DNA of 63,804 nt, counting the filler, from Phoronis australis (lineage: Eukaryota; Animalia; Phoronida): assembly GCA_002633005.1 (NCBI GenBank). It is 4 parts of 4 records of this genome, joined end to end, with 100 filler letters (N's around TTAATTAATTAA, not from the genome) between each part and the next. Parts side by side here need not be neighbours in the genome. Positions count along the whole stretch, not along the records: positions 23,893 to 54,997 come from NMRA01001283.1; positions 55,098 to 59,948 come from NMRA01002476.1; 2 more parts are not named here. One strand, given 5' to 3'. Made by a program: the position numbers and the translations under genes. This document shows, piece after piece, positions 46,756 to 59,715 of the stretch. A model generated the notes under the pieces. The model worked only from the letters and a program-made list of their open reading frames with translations. It was not told the origin of the DNA and searched no databases. Position 1 is the first letter of the stretch. Every line of letters starts with the position of its first letter.

Positions 46756-47640
46756 CTAGACCAACAATGACAACCTGTGGTGTGTCAGTTGCCTATTGAA
46801 ATTGGGCTTGCACCAACTGATGTGTTGAGCTTCACGAATTTTATGCTCCTTTGTTGTTACTGCTTGGTCTATTATTGCGAAGTCATTGAAAGAGCAGTGC
46901 TGATAACAATGATTGGAGTTCTGTAGGTGAATATTTACATGTGAATTTCTGTCAGAACTTAGATGTTCCTTGGTCCTGGTTTTCAAATGGCGAACAGTTT
47001 CGCCTATATATCTGGAGCCTCATCCAGCACTGGTAAATTTGTATACCTTGGACCGTAGACCCATAGAAATCTTGTCCTTAGGGTTAAAGTAATTCGAGAG
47101 TATTAGAAACTTGAATGTTAATGCAACTCTTAAGTTAACACTGTAATCATTCCCCAATTTGTTGAGTTTTCGTTGAGCAATCTTGGCGTAAAGCCCAACA
47201 TAGGGCACTTTAAAGTACTTGTAGTTAGTTTTGGTTACAGGATGAATATCATTAGGGTTACGTTGGAGGGTTGCTTTCAGTACCCTATTGACTAATTCTA
47301 GGGGATAGACGTTCTTTTGCAAATTCGTTGTGAGTTCTTTAATATTAGAATCAAATTTAACCCAAGTGTAGTTAATGCGATATACCCTGTCTATTAGAGT
47401 TTTAATGAGACCTACTTTATAAACAAAGGATGTGAAGCTATGAAAGCAAGTGTACAGTTCTGTGTAGGTTTTCTCATGAAATACTGATGTTACCACTGAA
47501 GTACCCTCACCCTCACTAACACGTCCAGAAATGGCAAAATGTTGTCAACCTCCAATGTAAAACTACTCACATTCATTACAGTTGAATTGGTACACAACAT
47601 GACTTCTTTGAGAATTGCTCAATGGTGTTGTTAGTCTAGA
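46756..47640 (-). mobile_element. Penelope-like element fragment (RT C-terminus plus GIY-YIG endonuclease)
   Basis: FLDV...YKVGLIKTLIDRVYRI...LQKNVYP; VYKF...RYIGETVRHLKTRTKEH...IREAQHI...PNFNRQ. A second VVYQFNCNEC piece lies at ~47570-47610. Confidence 0.9.
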
Positions 47641-47839
47641 CAATGATAAAAGTCTATTTACTGGTTTAAAGATTGTTACGAGTTGCAAACATGGAGGAAT
47701 AGTTACAAGCAATTTTTTTAACCTGCCTGTCGACCACACAACTTCTGTTACCCAAACAGGGAAGATTGATAAAATATTCTTCAGTACAGGCCCATGACGT
47801 AGGTTACATCCATAACACCTCTCTATCATTACTTCCTTT

Positions 47840-48200
47840 TGTAAATTCTACATGCATGTCAGGAACAATTTCAATTAATTTAGAGGTTGTCCCTCTACGA
47901 GGCTGAAACCCAAACTGGAAGGGTAAAATAAATCGCTGGATGTAAGATGTTCATGGACATGAGGAAATAACATTTTTAGAAGTTTAGACAAGGCACCTAA
48001 CGTTAGGTCTATAGTTGTTTGTATCCGAAGGTTCACCCTTCTTATGAGCGGGTATCATTATGTCGATTTTCCAATTACTTGGGAAACAACCAGCGGAAAG
48101 TATTTTGTCTGGTGAATGGAACAGTCAAAGACCAAGCCATCGTTTTGAACACAGTACCCGTTAGCTAGTCACAGGCGAAGGTTGAATGTGACAGGTTTCC
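47840..48200 (-). mobile_element. CR1-group LINE RT N-terminal fragment
   Basis: GCFPSNWKIDIMIPAHKKGEPSDTNNYRP and FQFGFQPRRGT. Confidence 0.7.
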
Positions 48201-49149
48201 GCAGGGGTTCTTTCTCGATTCAAGTTGAGAAAACGGCTAGCAAGGTTCAACATAACATTTGCTGGAGAAGTATTTAAGAAACAATTCGACCTTTTCCAGT
48301 TTGGTAGTGACAGTCTCACCAGTATCACGGAGCTTGAGACAGGGAAATGAGTCCATATTTGAGTTACCTAGAATTTCTTAAGAAGTTTACAATGCACCTT
48401 GGAATCTTTCGGTTTACTTGAAATAGCGCTAATAAGATTTTAATGGTGCTTAACTTTGTAATAGGAAATGAGATTTTCAACCTCAGCACATCGATGATTG
48501 TAGCATTGAAATATCAGTGGACTATATACCCGATATTTTGAACGCCCGATATAACCTGGCTCTCTGTTTCAAGTAACTTTTTATGTGACAGGTTTGTTAC
48601 ATGTACTGAACGTCTTAGCACAGGTAAGTGTCGTTTGTCTATCTCAAAAAATTATATATATTAAAGTCATTAAAGTAAATATTATCCTAGTCATACACGA
48701 CAGCTAAATTGACATTATTTCAACATTGGCCATCTCCAAATCGTCTTGTTTATTAGGTTTTCTCTGTACACCTCCCAGTCACGAAGTCAAGTTCGAGTTA
48801 TGTGATGATTGGAGCCTCCAACAGGTGATGTTACCTCATTGAGGGAGATCATTGTGTCGTCATTTACAATGGAAAATTAGGCTTATACGCCATGACGACA
48901 AATCCGTAATCTGGAGGGCTGATCAACATGTCAAATGCATTGGCATGAAAGGAGAACAACATACAAATGGAAGCAATGAACGTGTTGCTGTCACAGATAA
49001 AATGCTTGAGTTAAGTTACTCTCAGATTTGACGTGCTTGGAGTTATTCCGGAAGTGCCCGGCAGACGGCCATATTGACTATCAGTTGTGTACCTTTCTCT
49101 TTATTATAGTGTACAATTTAGGGCTGATCAAGAAGCGATACAGCGTTAA

Positions 49150-49700
49150 TATGACTCTAAAATTGATAAGCTGAAGAATGACCTGCAATTGAGCATGGAA
49201 TAACAGCTTAAAGCCTTCAGTAGATTTGGATCTTGAAGTTGCTCGTATTGACAAATGCATAGACGATTTAGAAAAGCGAGTTGCTGAGAGACGGCATGTT
49301 CCATTGGCCCCCCCCTGAATGTCCACAGTGTTTGTATTATTGCTTACGGACTACATGCTGTCCCCAATGATCGTCTTTTCGATACTGTAACTGACATGTT
49401 ACGGGGTATGGCGATGAGAGATATCGAGCTCGTTTCTCAGTTGTAAATTCTTGGGTTCTAGAAGTATGAGCGCCACAAGAATATAGTTAAGTTGGCGTTT
49501 AAATCACTTGATCAAAGGATACGTGTACTGCGTGCAAAAACAACCTAAAATAAACTGACCGATATCGCAAGGTGTATCTACGTGGCAGCACACAGATACA
49601 TTTATTCAATTGAACTTTAATACAGTTTTGAAGTCAATGCCCAACGATAGTGAGTTTCGTGTCACTGAGAGCGGTAGAATTGTAAAAAAAATCGGCAGCA
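49150..49700 (+). mobile_element. Decayed LINE ORF1-like fragment
   Basis: Coiled coil LEVARIDKCIDDLEKRV, then CIIAYGL, VKLAFKSLDQRIRVLRAK and NFNTVLKSMPNDSEFRVTESGRIVKK. Confidence 0.55.
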
Positions 49701-50659
49701 GCAACTGTAGAAGACTATTGGGGAAGCCAATAACTATGGTAATCAGACACACGACATCCAAACGAGTTCAAGTCAAACCAGGGCAAAACAGTTTTAGAGC
49801 GTATGGTCTATTCCTAGAGATACTGAATAAGTCCCCCTGACTGGGCCAAGATGTAAACCATCAGATCATTATGTTCTTGCTATAAGCTTTGAACTCTCCT
49901 CGCCTGGTGTATATTTATTTACCCAGAAAGCATATCATTAGTGAATAGTAGATACAGCTGGGGTTGGGTATCCCCAACTACATATCTTTACAACTTACTA
50001 GAATATAATACATCATATTCAATTGGACAAATATGTATCTGGAAAATACTCCAAATGACTGGGCGGATAATTAGCCGAGAAATCAGAATAATATAAAAGG
50101 GGGAGGGAATCGGGAAGGGGAAGGACTTTCATACACTCATTCACACTCACATTCACACTGTTTAATTAACTTATGTTTACATTTACGTAGGTGCATATTT
50201 ATGAGCAGGGTAATTTTCTTATAATACAACAGAAGTGGTTAAAAATAACACCATATATTGTTTGAACCATTTTAAAGAGGTGCCTGCAAAACCCTCCACT
50301 GTTCTGAAGTTTTATCTGAGGCATTAATACAATGAGGTTCACTGTGTCTAAAAGTATAAATCTAAACTTTAGAAGCTGCTTTCTTCAGGCCTTCCTATTC
50401 TCTGATAATCGGGCTATTTTGGAATGGAACGAAGCGAAATTTCCGAATTCCTTGCTCAAAGTTTTGAAATGGGGATTTTACAATGTTTTTTAATTTCTAA
50501 ATTTGAAATCTTCCTTTTCCATTTCGACAAGTCGGCGTATTAAGTGAGAAACAAGCGAATTAATAATCTCTTGTATTTTCTGAATTTGTGTATTTTTGCT
50601 TGGCTGTGCATACTTGCGTACTCGTTCGGTATGAATCCACATTTTTTGCGCATGGTACA

Positions 50660-50972
50660 AAAGTCTGCGTTGACTAATGACTTCTGATTGGTATAAAGCA
50701 ATTATAATCCCAATACCTAAGAATTCTTCAGGCGACCCTAAATACCTTTGAATTGCCGTGGTATTAGTCTTCTTTTAAATATTTATAAACTCTTCAGTAC
50801 TGTGTTGAATAATAGAATTGTAAGCTTTTGTGAACAGGACAATATTTTAGTTGACAAGCAAAATGGTTTTCGAAGCCAACGGTCCTCTATTGATCTCTTA
50901 TAAGTCCCGTCATCAATTATTCAAACAAGAAAGTTGTCTAATCTTTCAACATTTGTGACATTTGTGGACATG
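50660..50972 (+). mobile_element. Non-LTR RT N-terminal fragment
   Basis: IIIPIPK...NCRGISLL.NIYKLFSTVLNNRI...ILVDKQNGFRSQRS...FVDM. Confidence 0.8.
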
Positions 50973-53034
50973 ACATAGGCGGATTTAGGGGGAAGGGGGG
51001 GGGGGGGGGGGGGCCNNNNNNNNNNNNNNNNNNNNNNNNNNNNNNNNNNNNNNNNNNNNNNNNNNNNNNNNNNNNNNNNNNNNNNNNNNNNNNNNNNNNN
51101 NNNNNNNNNNNNNNNNNNNNNNNNNNNNNNNNNNNNNNNNNNNNNNNNNNNNNNNNNNNNNNNNNNNNNNNNNNNNNNNNNNNNNNNNNNNNNNNNNNNN
51201 NNNNNNNNNNNNNNNNNNNNNNNNNNNNNNNNNNNNNNNNNNNNNNNNNNNNNNNNNNNNNNNNNNNNNNNNNNNNNNNNNNNNNNNNNNNNNNNNNNNN
51301 NNNNNNNNNNNNNNNNNNNNNNNNNNNNNNNNNNNNNNNNNNNNNNNNNNNNNNNNNNNNNNNNNNNNNNNNNNNNNNNNNNNNNNNNNNNNNNNNNNNN
51401 NNNNNNNNNNNNNNNNNNNNNNNNNNNNNNNNNNNNNNNNNNNNNNNNNNNNNNNNNNNNNNNNNNNNNNNNNNNNNNNNNNNNNNNNNNNNNNNNNNNN
51501 NNNNNNNNNNNNNNNNNNNNNNNNNNNNNNNNNNNNNNNNNNNNNNNNNNNNNNNNNNNNNNNNNNNNNNNNNNNNNNNNNNNNNNNNNNNNNNNNNNNN
51601 NNNNNNNNNNNNNNNNNNNNNNNNNNNNNNNNNNNNNNNNNNNNNNNNNNNNNNNNNNNNNNNNNNNNNNNNNNNNNNNNNNNNNNNNNNNNNNNNNNNN
51701 NNNNNNNNNNNNNNNNNNNNNNNNNNNNNNNNNNNNNNNNNNNNNNNNNNNNNNNNNNNNNNNNNNNNNNNNNNNNNNNNNNNNNNNNNNNNNNNNNNNN
51801 NNNNNNNNNNNNNNNNNNNNNNNNNNNNNNNNNNNNNNNNNNNNNNNNNNNNNNNNNNNNTTTTTCAAAAAACTGGATTCTTTCATGTGTGGAAAACTTG
51901 AATTTTCTAAAAACTGTAAGGTTTCTATGTGATGAAAATTTACGTTTTCAAGTTTTTAAAATTTGAATGTAGTGAGATTTTTTTTAAATTTTGGTTCGAA
52001 AATTTTCCCATTATTTTCCAACAAAAAATAATTATTTACTTTTGCAAAACCCATCATCTCATAAAAATGTTGCCCGAATGTTTCCTGAACATTTATATAG
52101 ATACAAACCATAAAAGGACGACCGTTTAACCAGTACTGATTTAGTGCAAAACGTAATCATTATCGCACGTCTTTGTGAATTTAATGTAGACGAACATCCG
52201 GTGACCAACAGCAGTAAGAATGCACCCAATGTTAATCCCCTGAGACACTGACCTGGTCAGTACAATGTAATCAATAGAACTCATGCAATTCTTAAAAAAA
52301 GGTAGTTATTGTGTTAGTTTCCTTTGTGTTGAGTTGTATTCGTAAGGCAGTTTCCACCGAAAGTCAACAGTTCGAAGAAAAAGTCGTGGCTAGCCCGCGA
52401 CAATGAAGTTTATATTACTACGAGCAGAGCCAGCAAGAAGACATTTCAGAAGTTTTGGAAGTCNTATTCGTAAGGCAGTTTCCACCGGAAGTCAACAGTT
52501 CGAAGAAAAAGTCGTGTGTTGGCTAGCCCGCGACAATGAACTTTATATTACTACGAGCAGAGCCAGCAAGAAGACATTTCAGAAGTTTTGGAAGTCAGGT
52601 TAGTGCCAGAGAGCGTTCTAAACTCGATTGGCCATCGGTGCTGTGATTTTCAACGAACGTGTTAAGTTCAGTTATTTGTCAGCTACTCAGTCACGAGTCA
52701 CGCTGTCACATACCGACATGGACTCATTCTGTGTGTGAATTATCTAAACTTCTAACGCGTAATATACTTCTGGAGGTCCATCAGAGGAAGCCATAACGTT
52801 CACATAAGGCTACTACTCTATTATATTTCTGTCTTCTGAGGTTGTGTCAGTGTGATAAATGCAAGGGCGGGGGGGACCTACCAAGTACCAAGGCAAAGTG
52901 TAATCATTTCCCAAGTTGGGTATATTGGCATTGGTTGTGTGTGTTTATGTCTATGTTTGTAGTAATTCTTGGAAGCTCCTGAGTTTGAAATCTCATATCA
53001 CTACAGGTCAATAATTTGCAAGGTTCACTCGCCT

Positions 53035-53239
53035 CATCCACGCACCAATCCTAAAATTTGGGGGGTGCTCAAATTTTTGGGCATGTTGACCTTTTACTAA
53101 AAAAACGTGGTATGTTCAGAGCTGTGCACAGTGCATTCCTGAATTACAGCTTTTTAGTGGACTCGTGTCTCGTTTTCTCAATTTTTTTTGTTTCTATGAG
53201 GCTGACCTTTTCATGCCCACTTCGGCAAGTGGGGGGGGG
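53035..53239. mobile_element. MITE family 1 copy, truncated by a gap
   Basis: Similar to 22941-23200 (TTCAGAGCT, TTTTAGTGGAC, GAGGCTGACCTTTT). Confidence 0.7.
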
Positions 53240-55097
53240 NNNNNNNNNNNNNNNNNNNNNNNNNNNNNNNNNNNNNNNNNNNNNNNNNNNNNNNNNNNNN
53301 NNNNNNNNNNNNNNNNNNNNNNNNNNNNNNNNNNNNNNNNNNNNNNNNNNNNNNNNNNNNNNNNNNNNNNNNNNNNNNNNNNNNNNNNNNNNNNNNNNNN
53401 NNNNNNNNNNNNNNNNNNNNNNNNNNNNNNNNNNNNNNNNNNNNNNNNNNNNNNNNNNNNNNNNNNNNNNNNNNNNNNNNNNNNNNNNNNNNNNNNNNNN
53501 NNNNNNNNNNNNNNNNNNNNNNNNNNNNNNNNNNNNNNNNNNNNNNNNNNNNNNNNNNNNNNNNNNNNNNNNNNNNNNNNNNNNNNNNNNNNNNNNNNNN
53601 NNNNNNNNNNNNNNNNNNNNNNNNNNNNNNNNNNNNNNNNNNNNNNNNNNNNNNNNNNNNNNNNNNNNNNNNNNNNNNNNNNNNNNNNNNNNNNNNNNNN
53701 NNNNNNNNNNNNNNNNNNNNNNNNNNNNNNNNNNNNNNNNNNNNNNNNNNNNNNNNNNNNNNNNNNNNNNNNNNNNNNNNNNNNNNNNNNNNNNNNNNNN
53801 NNNNNNNNNNNNNNNNNNNNNNNNNNNNNNNNNNNNNNNNNNNNNNNNNNNNNNNNNNNNNNNNNNNNNNNNNNNNNNNNNNNNNNNNNNNNNNNNNNNN
53901 NNNNNNNNNNNNNNNNNNNNNNNNNNNNNNNNNNNNNNNNNTATTCACCTATTTCACGAAAGCGCCATCTTCCCGCGCCATCTTTAAATACTGATCGAAA
54001 ACGAGGCACACTGATAAAACCTCGTGAGTGATCATCAGCTGGCCATGGTGTACTGTGCAGTGCCTGAACGTACCAATTCCAGTAATATCTCGTCGGTATC
54101 CTTCCCAGGGATATACTTATCCATTCGCCCAGTCGCCAATGCGAGTAAAAATGGTGCTGGGCGAGTAGAAGTTGACTTGCCGGTCGCCCGGTGGCGAGCG
54201 AATTTCAGAGCGCAAAAGCACTATATAACGTTTCCCAGATGAACATGAATAATTTTCCTCCTCCTTGTGCTGTTTTTATCATGAATTTAAGATTCAGTTT
54301 GGTCACCGTGTCGATGCTCCGGCAGTAAAAAACATCGGCGCAGTGCGACCCTACCGATTCAGTACATGTCAACCGTTACGCGATTCGTCAAAAAAACACA
54401 GTGTGTGGTCGTGCACAAAAAATTTGTGGACTAGTCCGAAACGAAGAAAAGGGGAGAAAGGTGGAAGACCGGTCCATGTGCTCATAGCAAATAAAATACC
54501 ATATTTCTTGGAACTGATTTCTTATTGTAATGTACAATGTCATTTTAGCCAACATTCGTCCTAATAAGCGCCCATGCCCTATAAGCGTCCCCACTCATTT
54601 TCAGACTTCGCTAAAATAAGCGCCCAGTCCATGAATGTGTATATATCAGTGCGAAAAATGTCTTACCTCACAGTTCTAAAATTCTACAGTAAATGTATTC
54701 AATTTATCAATAATATCCGACAGTTCTGAAAAATCATTGCGCGCGTAATTTCCAGTAGACCAACGAGCCTCGCCGCTATGTCGGTATTTAGCCGTGGCTG
54801 TACACTTCAAACCATTCCGCAGTGCTTCAAAAAGAACGCAAAAGATTTGCTGATCTTGCGCGGAGGAAAGTGTCACACTACATGGTCTGGCCCTGATCAG
54901 AACAGACGCAGCGTACCGTAATCAACGGGATTGGTATTGTATCTTTCCCGTACAGATCTTCTCCCACAACAGGAATCCAGATTGTTTTGTACACGAANNN
55001 NNNNNNNNNNNNNNNNNNNNNNNNNNNNNNNNNNNNNNNNNTTAATTAATTAANNNNNNNNNNNNNNNNNNNNNNNNNNNNNNNNNNNNNNNNNNNN

Positions 55098-55935
55098 AGG
55101 GAGAGAAAGAGACTTTTATTTACATTTAAGACATAATACAATGATTAAATAATTGCGATTTAAATTAGGGAGCCTTCTAAAGGTTCTTTAACGCTAATAA
55201 AAAGGTCCCCTGTACAAAAATAAATAAATAAATATAATATAAATAACAATAAGTGAATAAGCCGAAAGAGGAAAATATAGAATTATGAGATATACTTAAG
55301 AAAAGAAAGTGAATTACTGCTGAAAACGACCGACACGCCAGGAACCAAGAAGTGGACTGGCACAACTCAGGATATTTTGGGAACACGGTTAGATACTGCT
55401 ACATATGAAGCAATTGGAAATGTGACAGATTGGATCATAATTGCTAATTATAAAATTGGTTAAGGACCTGGAGAATGCTTGCAAAGAGTGTGTTTTTGTT
55501 ATATCAAAAGCAGAGACTGGTATTTCGTTGTTGTTTAAAAGGCGAGGAATTTCAAATCTAATACAGGCCCTTGATGACTATTTGTTGGACGGGAGAATTG
55601 AAACTTTGGGTTGTGTTGTCGGAATAGCAGTTGAGTATTGATTAAGGCATGTAGGAGTTATGTTTCTGGTTGGTTTATATTGGATGGGTCTACTAAGTTG
55701 TTTGTGTAAAAATACTTAGGAAGCTGATTATTGAGGATTATCTAGTAAAATTTTTGCAGTTGAGGTTTTAAAGATGTCTTGAAGTAGAGGGAAGTGAAGT
55801 TCCTTACATATGGGCAGAGTGTGAGCATTATAACTGGAATTTGATATATTCCCAAGGATTCTCTTCTGGGCTGTATTGAGTTTCTTAGTGTTGCCAAAAC
55901 CACCTAGTTGCAATGCTGTAGTTTAAATGAGTATA
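55098..55935 (-). mobile_element. LINE 3' fragment (L2/Crack-like)
   Basis: AQKRILGNISNSSYNAHTLPICKELHFPLLQDIF; AT-rich 3' UTR with AATAAA. Confidence 0.7.
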
Positions 55936-56295
55936 CTCTGAAAATGGTAAATGACGAAGTCGTTCGATAAAGTCTCATAAAGTGACATTATCAGTCACAA
56001 TGTTGTGTGTTTAAGATATAGCCCAAGATGTATTACACCTCGCGGCAACAGTTGTCCAAAGATTTGCTAATAGAGCTAAAACCGGATTACATTCTTGACT
56101 GAAAAGGTCACCGGCCTCAGTTTCATTCACAGTGACTGGTAGCCAATCGTCCAACAAAATCAGACAAAAACAGTGGAATTTACTGTTTTATAGTTCTGGC
56201 CAAAGCTAATAACTTGAAGAAGTTTACCTTGCATAACAACAATCACAAAATGCATTTATTGGCCCTACAACCGACTGTGTCCCTGTTTACTGTAG

Positions 56296-56417
56296 GGGTG
56301 AATATGATGTTAGCTATAAAGTCCTGCTGCTGGGTGATTCGGCTGTTGGGAAAACGTCGATGATGAAATGCCTGATGGATGAAACGTTCAATTCTGTACA
56401 CACTGCGCCAACATGTG
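56296..56417 (+). CDS. Rab-family small GTPase, exon with G1/P-loop
   Basis: TGTAG| GEYDVSYKVLLLGDSAVGKTSMMKCLMDETFNSVHTAPTCG |GTAAAT. Confidence 0.9.
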
Positions 56418-57025
56418 GTAAATATCCCGGTGATAAAGGTATACACAAAAATGTTCATGAAGATGTCATGTACAGGAGCGGATACAGGATTTTTAGTTAG
56501 GGGGGAGCAGGGCAGAGTGTTAGCCAGGATTTTGCCCGTTAGACATTCACACCCCTGAACTGCCAAATGGAATCTGGGAGAGTTTTAGGGGGCCCAAACA
56601 ATTATGCGTTAAAATGGCTTATTCCCTACACGTTGTGAAAAAATTGGGAGTATTGGTGTCATGATCTTGAACCAGAGAATGCCGACCTTCAGTTGCTAAA
56701 GTTTCAAGGAGCACTAATTATCAAGCAGGATTTCACATTTTGATGTCGGGGCAATGTTAATAGCCCCCTTCCATTAGTAATGTATAAAATTGTGTGTGTA
56801 TACTTCAACAACAACCAGATGTAAGAATGGTTCAACAGAGAAAATTGAGCGTGCAAGAAAACTGAATTACAGTGCGTCATGAAGGTAGCTCGTTAAAACA
56901 AGAAACGTGTTAATGAGAAAAGAATACTTTTGATGTGACCGCCCTGGAAGTGAGTGAGAGAGAAAGGCTAGTTTATCTTAGCAATTATGCATAATAAAAC
57001 ATTTTGGATTCTCAGTGAGGACTTA

Positions 57026-58133
57026 AGCCCCGTTTACACCCGAGTGTATATTTATGTACGGTGTGTACTTTGGCTATATAAACGCAAATACACTCAGGTG
57101 TAAAGCTTCACTCGCGTGTATAATATATCATCCAGAGGTCGTGTCAATGTAAATTTACACGCGTGCAAATATACATCTGGCGTATGTGAACGCGTTTTAA
57201 ATTTACACACGAGTGTAAAAGCAAGAACAATCCGTCAAAAGTGCTGCTGCCGCCGCCGCTGCTGCTGCTGCTGCTGGGTGAAACCTTGCCGCGGTTTCAT
57301 TGGATATGCATCATTAAAAATTTTTTGTTCAATTTAATTAAACCTCGAATTTCCAAAAGCCGACCACACGATCTTGTGTTTACATCACTAATGATATAAT
57401 CAGTATCAGTAATGATACACCAAAATTAACCAAATACTGAAGCCATGTGGTTGAAACAAAAACTTCGAAAAATATTTGGGACGCGATGGTCGATATGCGA
57501 CTTCCGTCGATACCACTCATAGACAGCCGAATTTGGGGAAATCCCACATTTGGTAAATTTGCGCAACATGACATATTATTCAGTTGTTACTGCTAATTTC
57601 ACGTATGCATGAGAGCAGGAAAACATTTGGTTTTGTAACTCCGCTATGTTAGCAACAGTGCGGTTACCAAATCCTGTACGCATTACGAATTTGGCTCCAA
57701 CGGTGGATTGTTTTATTCGTTTGTAACGCGTTCCAGCAATACCTGGCAAAGTGATTAGACCTTATAGAAGGTCATCTGCAATTTGACCAATTTTAAACCA
57801 CCCTTTGTATTAGAAAATTTCATTATTAAATGTGTATCCACCAGTCCATCGATAGAATTCCTTAATAAATCCATTCTTGTTTGCTATGATCCCTTGGTTA
57901 TCAATACCAGAGCTAGCCAGATTCAAGACATTTGCCATACAGGAATCTTCTCGTCAATAGCAAATGTTGCTCGTGTCGATTTCGCTGCATAATATAGATA
58001 ATGCTGAGCGCATAATTGCTTTCTTATTCGCCATAGGAACGCGATGTAAATTTACATTTACACCCAGGTGTAGATTAGCGTATGTGGTGTATATTTACGA
58101 ACCGGTGTAAAAGTGCTGCATATAAACGGGGCT
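57026..58133 (-). mobile_element. PIF/Harbinger deletion derivative in the Rab intron
   Basis: TIR AGCCCCGTTTA / TAAACGGGGCT with a 3-bp TSD TTA; transposase relic GFPQ...GIDGS.I on the minus strand. Confidence 0.8.
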
Positions 58134-58232
58134 TTAGCGGTAGTCACATTTTCGCGGTATCATACAGCTTAATGTTGAAATCCTTATTTGATTTGTAGAA
58201 TACGAAATTTATTTGTTGTTTATTTATTCAAG

Positions 58233-58293
58233 GTGTAGACTTAATTCAAAAGATATTTACTATTCAAGGCGTTCGGGTTCGCTTGGACATATG
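58233..58293 (+). CDS. Rab-family GTPase, next exon (61 bp)
   Basis: TTCAAG| (G)VDLIQKIFTIQGVRVRLDIW |GTGAGT. The phase matches the previous exon, and a 61-bp exon ending inside the W of WDT is the Rab8/10/13-type structure. Confidence 0.88.
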
Positions 58294-58369
58294 GTGAGTA
58301 CCAGTTATGATCCGAAAAATGCTTTACATTTATTCGTTAGATGACAGGTCGCCAACCGTCTTTTCTAGC

Positions 58370-58370
<1 letters not shown>

Positions 58371-58415
<45 letters not shown>
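58371..58415. repeat. (GT)n microsatellite running into a gap
   Basis: Direct reading of the sequence. Confidence 0.95.
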
Positions 58416-58791
58416 NNNNNNNNNNNNNNNNNNNNNNNNNNNNNNNNNNNNNNNNNNNNNNNNNNNNNNNNNNNNNNNNNNNNNNNNNNNNNNNNNNNNN
58501 NNNNNNNNNNNNNNNNNNNNNNNNNNNNNNNNNNNNNNNNNNNNNNNNNNNNNNNNNNNNNNNNNNNNNNNNNNNNNNNNNNNNNNNNNNNNNNNNNNNN
58601 NNNNNNNNNNNNNNNNNNNNNNNNNNNNNNNNNNNNNNNNNNNNNNNNNNNNNNNNNNNNNNNNNNNNNNNNNNNNNNNNNNNNNNNNNNNNNNNNNNNN
58701 NNNNNNNNNNNNNNNNNNNNNNNNNNNNNNNNNNNNNNNNNNNNNNNNNNNNNNNNNNNNNNNNNNNNNNNNNNNNNNNNNNNNNNNTTAA

Positions 58792-59715
58792 AGTGTACAC
58801 AACATGACTCTAGTACCTCAAAATAAATTTTATTATTATATCTTACTAGATTTCAGTGCCTTTAGTGCACAGCTCATAAAGAAACACGCAAACATTGAAA
58901 AAAATAATAATTATGTACAACGTCATGGGTTGAACCCAAGTCGTTCGCTATAGTGTCCGGATCAGAGAGTGAAGAAAAAGCAAAGTACATTTAGCGTCGA
59001 GAATGTTCGTAGAGGGATCAAAAGACGTGTTTCCGGAGGCTGCAGCCACAGCAACCAGGCGGAGAACGTCTCGGTGTTCCGAAAGACACAAAAGTTGCGC
59101 CGAACGAGAGTGCTGGACGTCATCGTGGGCCAAGCGATTCGGTCCGGGGTCACTCTGTGTTCTGCCCACTTTGAGGACTCGTGTTTCGACTCCAGTCACA
59201 GGAGATGTTACGATGAAGGCCTGGTTCAATAAAGGACAATATTTATCATTCATAAACATCAGCTTTTAATTCAGGATCGCCTGTTGGATGACTGGGTTGA
59301 CTCGCCGAGCCCGAGGCCGCTTCTCTCGCGGTAGGATCCAGTTCTGAAGGCTTAAAGTAGAAAAGTACGCTACCGAATCGCATTAAACTTATTCTCGCTT
59401 TCGTGCAACCAAATTTTCTCATCCTGGCCACCATTCCCGTACTTTTCTTCATAGTATTTGTTCAATTCTTGCTCATAATCGTCGTCGCTTTCAAATTCCC
59501 TGCTCCCCGCCATTGTTCAATGCTAGTCACTGATCTCTTGTGTTCAACCCATGACGTCACATGGCGGGAAATGTGAGTTGGCAAAATTGAAATAAAAATC
59601 AAAATTTTCAGCTAATTACACAAAATAAAGATGGGTTTAGCTGAATTTTACGTCATGTATTTAGTCTGTAGCCACCGGTAATTCAAAATGTGCAAAAATC
59701 CATGGTGTGTACTGT
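58792..59715. mobile_element. Kolobok-like element with a THAP-domain remnant
   Basis: TTAA on both sides; imperfect TIR (AGTGTACACAACATG / CATGGTGTGTACTGT). The plus strand gives GGCSHSN...VSVF...LCSAHFEDSCF (THAP). Confidence 0.65.

Noticed and set aside
50921-58826. Long ORFs made mostly of X
   Set aside because: Artefacts of translating across N gaps.
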